From Verrucomicrobiota bacterium (GTDB taxonomy: Bacteria; Verrucomicrobiota; Verrucomicrobiia; Limisphaerales; CANJSG01), in contig JBBQXJ010000009.1 in assembly GCA_038209745.1 (NCBI GenBank), forward strand, positions 10,499 to 74,498: a stretch of 64,000 nt of DNA, given 5' to 3'. Shown piece by piece: positions 57,871 to 64,000 of this stretch (positions are counted from its first letter, which is position 1; each line of letters begins with the position of its first letter). Under the pieces are notes generated by a model. That model was not told the DNA's origin, did no database searches, and saw only the letters and a program-made list of their open reading frames with translations. The translations under genes were made by a program, and so were the position numbers.

Positions 57871-60006
57871 TCAGGTGGTTTTCTCCTCAGGTCGGTTGTA
57901 GTAGCTCGAATACTTGTAATACGAGTATTCGGGCAGGAAGAGATTCGCCCGGTTGTAGATCAGTCCGAGCACGCGGACGTGCCGGCTGTAAAGCAGTTCC
58001 AGGCTCTGCTTGGCCAGCCGGGCCGAAGTGTGCTCCGCGCGGATGACGAAGATGACCCCGTCGACCTTGGGAGCGAAGCTGGTCACATCGTCCGCTGCAA
58101 GAACCGGCGGAGTGTCGAAAATGATGTAGTCGAACTTGTCATAGACCGAACGGATGAACGCGTCGGTCGCCGGCCCGACGAACATCTCGCCCGGATGCTT
58201 GTTCGCGGTGCCGCGGACCAGCACGGAGAGGTTCGGCGCCGGGCTGAGCACGACATCGTCGAACGCCATGGTGCCGGCCAGCACGTCGCTGAAGCCGGGG
58301 CTGATGGGCAGGCCCATCTTCACGTTGATCGAACAGCGGCGCTGATCGCCGTCGACGAGCAGGACCTTGGATCCCGCCATCGCCATGGTCTTGGCCAGGT
58401 TGGCCGCCACCGACGACTTGCCTTCGGACGGAATCGCGCTGGTGACGATGAGGGTCTTCGGCGGCGTCTCGCCGGCGTCCATGAACAGAATGGAGGAACG
58501 GATGTTGCGGAACGACTCCGCGAAGTTGTGCCGATCGTCGTCCTCCTTCAGCAGATCGATCGCCGCGTTTCCCTCGGAATCGCCAATGTTCGGAATCTGG
58601 CCGATGACCGGTTCCTGGAAGGTCGCCTTCAGCGCGGTGAGCGACTTCACCCGGTCGTCGAAGAAGACGAGGACGCAGACAATGCCCAGACCCAGCGCCA
58701 GGCCGACCACCACGGCCACGATCATCTTGAGGATATTGTTCACCGAACTGGCCACGGCGGGCGACGGAGGGTCCAGCTGCTTCATGGTATAATCGGTCAT
58801 GCCCTGGCGCATCGCGATGCCGTCCGCCGCCTTGAGCAGCATGTCGTAGGTGGGCTGGAGATGCTCCACCGATGCCTTCAAGGCCAGAAATTCGGTCATC
58901 TTCTTGTCAAAGGCGACCGTCTCTTCCTGGGCCACTTTGATCGGGTTTTCGAGCGCCTGCATCTTCAGGGCGATCCCTTGCTTCCGTTGCTCGATCTTCT
59001 CCTTGTTCTGCTTTACCAGGGCATTGAGGCTGTTTTCCTCCCGGGCCAGCGAATCCTTCAAATCGATGATTTTAGGGTGTTTCGGCTTCAGGTTCTTCGC
59101 CAACTCGTCCAACTCGAAATGCATCATCTGGATGCGGAGCCGGGAATTGTAGATGCTGGCCAGCGAATCATCCACCGCCCCGAGTCTCGCCCGGGCTTCT
59201 GGGCTGTCGGTCACCTCGCCCCGCAGGCCGCTCTTGTCGATTGGTGCCGGCTGAAGGGTGGGGGCCACCAGTCGCTGATCCTGGTCCATGACCTGTTCCA
59301 TCGAAAACAGGTTCAACTGGTCCAGCTCCCGCTGCAGCGCCTGGTTCTCATGGAGCAGAGCGGCGTAGGTCGACCCGGAGCTCACCGACCGCTGGCGGAG
59401 GAGCTCCACGCTGTTCTCCTGCTGGAAGTCGGTCAGCTTCTTGTTCTCCTCCTGCAACTGGCGGTTGACCTCCTCCATCTTGTCGCGGATGACCTCGGCC
59501 GTCTTGTTGCCTTCGGAGATGAACGATTCCCGAAGGTATTTGAGATACGTTTCGATGAAGGTCTCAAGAAAGGCCTTGGTGTAGGCCGGGTCGGCACCAT
59601 AGGCCTGCAGCTGGAAGATCGAGGTGTCCTTCACCTTGGAGGCGAGCAGCCGCACGGGCGTGACCCGCAGTCCCGGATTCTGCGCCTGCACCGCGTTCTC
59701 GGCCCGGGTGCGCAACTCGGGGCTGTTCATGACCTCGATCTGGGTGCCGTCCGGATCCCCCATTCCCCGCCCGCTCCCGGTCGGGTCGGCCGACCTGAAC
59801 CCGATCCAGATCCGCGCGGTGGACACGTAGGACGTCGGAGGCTGGTTCCGGATCAACAACAGCACCGCGCCCGCGGCCAGACCGGCGCAGATCACGGGGA
59901 TCCACCAGAACCGCTTCAGACCCATCCAGTAGGGATGGACGAAAGTGATGATGCTGGCAAACGAGGCGCCTCCGCTCTCGGTCGGGTATCGGTATCCGTA
60001 GCTCAT
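57871..60006 (-). CDS. wzc: Polysaccharide co-polymerase / tyrosine autokinase (Wzc-like)
   Basis: Two TM helices around a coiled coil with HPK; ESFRNIR, Walker A SAIPSEGKS, LVDGD.R, DTPP; Tyr cluster YSYYKYSSYY. Confidence 0.92.
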   Translation of the reverse strand: MSYGYRYPTESGGASFASIITFVHPYWMGLKRFWWIPVICAGLAAGAVLLLIRNQPPTSYVSTARIWIGFRSADPTGSGRGMGDPDGTQIEVMNSPELRTRAENAVQAQNPGLRVTPVRLLASKVKDTSIFQLQAYGADPAYTKAFLETFIETYLKYLRESFISEGNKTAEVIRDKMEEVNRQLQEENKKLTDFQQENSVELLRQRSVSSGSTYAALLHENQALQRELDQLNLFSMEQVMDQDQRLVAPTLQPAPIDKSGLRGEVTDSPEARARLGAVDDSLASIYNSRLRIQMMHFELDELAKNLKPKHPKIIDLKDSLAREENSLNALVKQNKEKIEQRKQGIALKMQALENPIKVAQEETVAFDKKMTEFLALKASVEHLQPTYDMLLKAADGIAMRQGMTDYTMKQLDPPSPAVASSVNNILKMIVAVVVGLALGLGIVCVLVFFDDRVKSLTALKATFQEPVIGQIPNIGDSEGNAAIDLLKEDDDRHNFAESFRNIRSSILFMDAGETPPKTLIVTSAIPSEGKSSVAANLAKTMAMAGSKVLLVDGDQRRCSINVKMGLPISPGFSDVLAGTMAFDDVVLSPAPNLSVLVRGTANKHPGEMFVGPATDAFIRSVYDKFDYIIFDTPPVLAADDVTSFAPKVDGVIFVIRAEHTSARLAKQSLELLYSRHVRVLGLIYNRANLFLPEYSYYKYSSYYNRPEEKTT

Positions 60007-60033
60007 TTTGAAAATGGGTTGGGGCGAAGCCTG

Positions 60034-60690
60034 TCAGAATATGAAGATCTTGCGGGCGATGATGATCGTGTCGCCGGGCTTGAGGAGGATGTCCTCCTCC
60101 TTCTTGCCCCTCTTTAAGATGGCGTCGAGATCGACCATGATGGTCTGGGTGGTCCCGCCCGCTCCGTCGGCGGGCTGCCGAATGATCTTCACGTTCGATG
60201 AATTGGCATAGGGCGTCGTTCCTCCAGCGGCAAAAATCGCCTTGCTCACGGTGAAGGACGCCTCGCTCCCGGGAGGGATCGATACCGGTCCCGGCCGAGC
60301 CACCTGGCCTTGGACCGTGATCTCCTTCAGATTCAGAGCGGTGACCGAGTCCACCGCGATCGTCACGGAGGCATTCTGGTAGAGGTCTTTTTCGAGGAGC
60401 ATTTTCACCTCGCCGGCCAACTCCTTGCAGGTCTTGCCCGCCGCCTTCACCCGACCGAGATACGGCACGTCGATTTCGCCCGTGTCGGTGACCACCAGCC
60501 GCGTCGGCAGATCCTTGTCCTCCTTGACCCGGTAGGTGAGTCGGACACCGGTGTTCAGTTTGACGGTGTCGTCGAGCACGTCGACGGACGCGGGAGCGTT
60601 CGTTCCGGATTCTCCACTTTTGTTCACTTCTGCGGCGGAGAGCGACTGCGCCACCACCCACAGACCCAACAGTATTGCGGTCAATCGCAT
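60034..60690 (-). CDS. Short polysaccharide export (OPX/Wza-like) protein, Poly_export + SLBB
   Basis: Signal peptide; GEIDVPYLGRVKAAGKT, V.GQV..PG, AI..AGG, LKPGDTI. Confidence 0.88.
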   Translation of the reverse strand: MRLTAILLGLWVVAQSLSAAEVNKSGESGTNAPASVDVLDDTVKLNTGVRLTYRVKEDKDLPTRLVVTDTGEIDVPYLGRVKAAGKTCKELAGEVKMLLEKDLYQNASVTIAVDSVTALNLKEITVQGQVARPGPVSIPPGSEASFTVSKAIFAAGGTTPYANSSNVKIIRQPADGAGGTTQTIMVDLDAILKRGKKEEDILLKPGDTIIIARKIFIF

Positions 60691-61158
60691 AAATCTCCCG
60701 TGTTAGAATCCAACCGCTCGTTCATTACAATCTCAATCCCCCGACCTGGGCCGGATCACCGGAGCCTTTCCGGCGGGCAGCCGCCCACCTATCGTCCGGC
60801 TTTGATTTCAGCTTTACCGCATCTCGCCCATTTGCTTCCCTTCGCGCCGCTGTGAAGGCGTCACATCGCCCCTGCCTGGGGTGGCGTTCCGGAAGGCCCG
60901 TCTCGAATCCCGACCCGCTGATCTGGGGTTCGAGTGGGCGGGAGGCGGGGATGGCCCGCCCCCCGGGTCGCTGGTAACAGCAACAAATCTTCGGATCCTC
61001 TTCAACACGTTTTGGATCCCGTCGATGAACCCGACCATGGCTCCCAAGCGGTGCCAGCCTGCCATTGATTGTTTGCCGCCAGAGCCGTTTCCGGGAAACC
61101 CTCGGACCAACGACCAAGTGCGGAGCCGTCCGATCCCGCCCGATTCGACCCCCATTCC

Positions 61159-62040
61159 ATGAAAGGCATCATCCTCGCCGGCGGCGCCGGTTCCCGCCTG
61201 TTCCCGCTGACCCTCGTCGCCAGCAAGCAGCTGCAACCGGTCTACGACAAGCCAATGGTCTACTACCCGTTGACCACGCTGATCGAGGGCGGTATCCGCG
61301 AGATCTGTCTCGTTTCCACACCGCACGATCTGCCGCGCTTCCAGCAGCTCCTCGGGGATGGTTCCCGCATGGGCATCCGCATCGACTACCGCGAACAGGC
61401 CAAGCCGGAGGGCATCGCCCAGGCCTTCCTCATCGCCGAATCGTTCATCGGAAAGGACCCGGTCACGCTGATCCTCGGCGACAACATCTTCTACGGGGGC
61501 GACGGCTTCGGCGCGGCCTTCGACGCCTTCCGATCCGGAGCCACCATCTTCGGCTACCATGTCCACGATCCCGAACGCTACGGCGTGGTCGAGTTCGACG
61601 CCTCGGGCAAGGCCGTCTCCATCGAGGAGAAGCCCCAACGTCCCAAAAGCAGCTATGCCGTCCCCGGACTCTACCTCTACGACAACGACGTCGTGACCAT
61701 CACCAAGAACCTCAAGCCGTCCGCGCGCGGGGAACTGGAGATCACCGCCGTCAACGTCGAATACCTCCGGCGCGGCACCCTTCGCGTCGGCAAGCTCAAC
61801 CGGGGCTTCGCCTGGCTCGACGCCGGCACCAGCAGCTCCCTCCACGAAGCCAGCGCCTACGTCCAGACCATCGAGAAACGCACCGGCATCAAGATCGGCT
61901 GCCCTGAAGAAGCTGCTTTTCGCCGCGGCATCCTCGGTCTCGACCAGCTCTCCGCGATCACCGACACGATGCCCAACTGCGAATACCGCGCCTACCTCGC
62001 CGACGTGATCGCCGAAGCCCGCCGCCTCACCGCCGCCTGA
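61159..62040 (+). CDS. rfbA: Glucose-1-phosphate thymidylyltransferase
   Basis: MKGIILAGGAGSRL.P.T...SKQL.PVYDKPM, LILGDN, EEKP, RGELEIT, WLDAGT. Confidence 0.97.
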   Translation: MKGIILAGGAGSRLFPLTLVASKQLQPVYDKPMVYYPLTTLIEGGIREICLVSTPHDLPRFQQLLGDGSRMGIRIDYREQAKPEGIAQAFLIAESFIGKDPVTLILGDNIFYGGDGFGAAFDAFRSGATIFGYHVHDPERYGVVEFDASGKAVSIEEKPQRPKSSYAVPGLYLYDNDVVTITKNLKPSARGELEITAVNVEYLRRGTLRVGKLNRGFAWLDAGTSSSLHEASAYVQTIEKRTGIKIGCPEEAAFRRGILGLDQLSAITDTMPNCEYRAYLADVIAEARRLTAA

Positions 62041-62078
62041 TCTCCTTTGCGTTCCACGTCCCTGTCTCCGTTTTTGCC

Positions 62079-63032
62079 ATGATCGTTCTCCTCGGCGCCA
62101 CCGGCTACATCGGCCAAGCCTTCCAGACCGCGCTCACCCGGCGCGGCGAACCCTTCGTCGCCCTGTCCCGCAAGGACGTGGACTACACCCGGTTTGAACC
62201 GCTCCTCGCCTGGCTGAAGACGAACAAGCCCTCCTTCGTCGTCAACGCCGCCGGCTACACCGGCAAGCCGAACGTCGACGCCTGTGAACTGGCCAAGGCC
62301 GACACCCTCCAGGGCAACACCCTGTTCCCCGCCGCCCTCGCCCACGCCTGCGCCGCCCTCGACCTTCCGTGGGGCCACGTCTCCTCCGGCTGCATCTTCG
62401 CGGGCGCCCACGTCGACTCCGGCACCGGCTGGCGGATCGAGAAAGACATGACCAGGGCCGAAGTCCGCGCCTTGGCCGAGAAATCGCCCGAAAAAATCCG
62501 GGGCTTCAACGAGACCGAGACGCCCAATTTCAGTTTCCGCGACGGCCCGTGCAGCTTCTACAGCGGCACCAAGGCCCTCGGCGAGGAAGCCATCGCCGGC
62601 ATCGGCCGCTCCTACGTCTGGCGGCTGCGCATCCCCTTCGACGAGTTCGACAACGCCCGCAACTACCTCTCCAAGGTCCAGCGCTACGCCAAGGTCTACG
62701 ACAACGTGAACTCGCTCTCGCACCGCGCCGACTTCGTCAACGCCTGCCTCGACACCTGGAAGATCCGCGCCCCCTTCGGCACCTACAACGTGACCAACCC
62801 CGGCTTCGTCTCCACCGCCCAGGTGGTCGAGCGGATCAAGGCGGTCCTGAAACCCGACCGCGCCTTCGCTTTCTGGGAAAACGACGAGGAGTTCTACAAG
62901 GTCGCCGCCAAGACGCCCCGTTCCAACTGCGTCATGGACGTCTCCAAACTCCTCGCCACCGGCATCCAGATCCGGCCCGTCGCGGAAGCCCTCGAAACGT
63001 CGCTCAAGTCCTGGGTGCCCGAATCGAAGTGA
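62079..63032 (+). CDS. dTDP-4-dehydrorhamnose reductase family, NRS/ER-like (possible bifunctional 3,5-epimerase/4-reductase)
   Basis: GATGYIG, AAGYTGKPNVDACE, SSGCIF, PNF..SFYSGTK, LRIPF, NSLS, GTYNVTNPG, PRSNC.MD..KL. Confidence 0.8.
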   Translation: MIVLLGATGYIGQAFQTALTRRGEPFVALSRKDVDYTRFEPLLAWLKTNKPSFVVNAAGYTGKPNVDACELAKADTLQGNTLFPAALAHACAALDLPWGHVSSGCIFAGAHVDSGTGWRIEKDMTRAEVRALAEKSPEKIRGFNETETPNFSFRDGPCSFYSGTKALGEEAIAGIGRSYVWRLRIPFDEFDNARNYLSKVQRYAKVYDNVNSLSHRADFVNACLDTWKIRAPFGTYNVTNPGFVSTAQVVERIKAVLKPDRAFAFWENDEEFYKVAAKTPRSNCVMDVSKLLATGIQIRPVAEALETSLKSWVPESK

Positions 63033-63033
63033 A

Positions 63034-63068
63034 GTTTTCATTTGGCATTTTGAATTTCTGATTTCCCT
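63034..63068. repeat. Intergenic degenerate heptamer array
   Basis: GTTTTCA TTTGGCA TTTTGAA TTTCTGA TTTCCCT, AT-rich with period 7. Confidence 0.55.
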
Positions 63069-63080
63069 TCTGTCCCGCGC

Positions 63081-64000
63081 ATGAATCTCCTCGTCACCGG
63101 CGGTGCCGGCTTCATCGGATCGAACCTGATCCACCGCATCATCGACCAGCCCTCGGTCACGAAGCTGGTCACTCTCGACGCCCTCACCTACGCCGGCCAT
63201 ATCGGAAACCTCTCCGCCATCGCGGGCCGACCGAACTACGCCTTTGAAAAGGTGGACCTGCGCGATAAAGCCGAGGTCCTCCGCGTCGTCCAGCAGCACC
63301 ACATCACCCATGTGCTGCACCTCGCCGCCGAGTCGCACGTGGACCGCTCCATCACCGGCCCGGGAGACTTCATCCACACCAACATCGTCGGCACCTTCAA
63401 CCTGTTGGAAGCCTGCCGTGATCATTGGGGAAAGGAGAAAGCAGAAAGCAGAGAACAGAGATTCCTGCATGTGAGCACCGACGAGGTCTACGGTTCGCTC
63501 GGCGCCACCGGGCTCTTCACCGAGACCACGCCCTACGCCCCGAACTCGCCCTACTCCGCCAGCAAGGCCTCCAGCGACCTCCTCGTCCGCGCCTACCACC
63601 ACACCTATGGCCTGCCGGTGGTGACGACGAACTGCTCGAACAACTACGGCCCCTACCAGTTCCCGGAAAAGCTCATCCCCGTCCTCATCCAGAACCTCCT
63701 CGCGCGAAAGCCGCTCCCCATCTACGGCGACGGCCTCAATATCCGCGACTGGCTCTACGTCACCGACCATGCCGACGCCCTCTGGGCCGTGTTGAACCGA
63801 GGCCGCCTCGGCGAGACCTACAACGTCGGCGGCCACAACGAATGGGCCAACCTCGACATCGTGAAACTGATCTGCGACCTGGTGGACGAGATGAAGCCCG
63901 ACCTCGGCGGCCATTCCCAGAAGCTGATCTCCTTCGTCAAGGACCGCCCCGGCCACGACCGCCGCTACGCCATCGACGCCACCAAGATCAAGGACGAGCT
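63081..64000 (+). CDS. rfbB: dTDP-glucose 4,6-dehydratase (3'-truncated by window edge; absent from the ORF track)
   Basis: [74 protein letters not shown]. Confidence 0.96.
   Translation, partial: MNLLVTGGAGFIGSNLIHRIIDQPSVTKLVTLDALTYAGHIGNLSAIAGRPNYAFEKVDLRDKAEVLRVVQQHHITHVLHLAAESHVDRSITGPGDFIHTNIVGTFNLLEACRDHWGKEKAESREQRFLHVSTDEVYGSLGATGLFTETTPYAPNSPYSASKASSDLLVRAYHHTYGLPVVTTNCSNNYGPYQFPEKLIPVLIQNLLARKPLPIYGDGLNIRDWLYVTDHADALWAVLNRGRLGETYNVGGHNEWANLDIVKLICDLVDEMKPDLGGHSQKLISFVKDRPGHDRRYAIDATKIKDE

Overview
High-GC bacterial chromosomal window, most likely Verrucomicrobiota (Pedosphaerales/Limisphaerales-like). This is inferred from an H-X9-DG prepilin-like protein, a PSD1/planctomycete cytochrome c protein, C-terminal 'RF[YF]R[IL]' extracellular motifs and long-form IspG/IspH. 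Bases 1-36.6 kb are mostly housekeeping: nadB (partial), panC, pheS, rplT, rpmI, a nifS-type desulfurase, hisD, rpiB, pyrD, a dGTPase, ispH, cdsA-dxr-rseP-ispG and sufT. They also hold a myo-inositol oxygenase/sugar-ABC unit, a decayed DUF433/DUF5615 toxin-antitoxin pair and several REP-like or heptamer repeats. Bases 36.7-57.7 kb form the most interesting locus. A sigma54-type promoter precedes fliW-csrA-fliC (a minimal 269-aa flagellin with GGA CsrA boxes). These run straight into a tightly coupled glycosylation operon: rfbF, an SDR, a NeuB-SAF-cupin fusion, a HAD phosphatase, a YerE-like ThDP enzyme, two methyltransferases and a 2209-aa glycosyltransferase with four GT-B modules plus GT2 and TPRs. 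Divergent from this is a cheR-cheD-HDOD-cheB cassette with no receptor, CheA or CheW in the window. The window ends in a polysaccharide locus: wzc, a short OPX/wza, rfbA, an NRS/ER-like reductase and rfbB (partial). No tRNA, rRNA, CRISPR array, transposase or integrase was seen. All calls come from reading motifs by eye; no searches were run.
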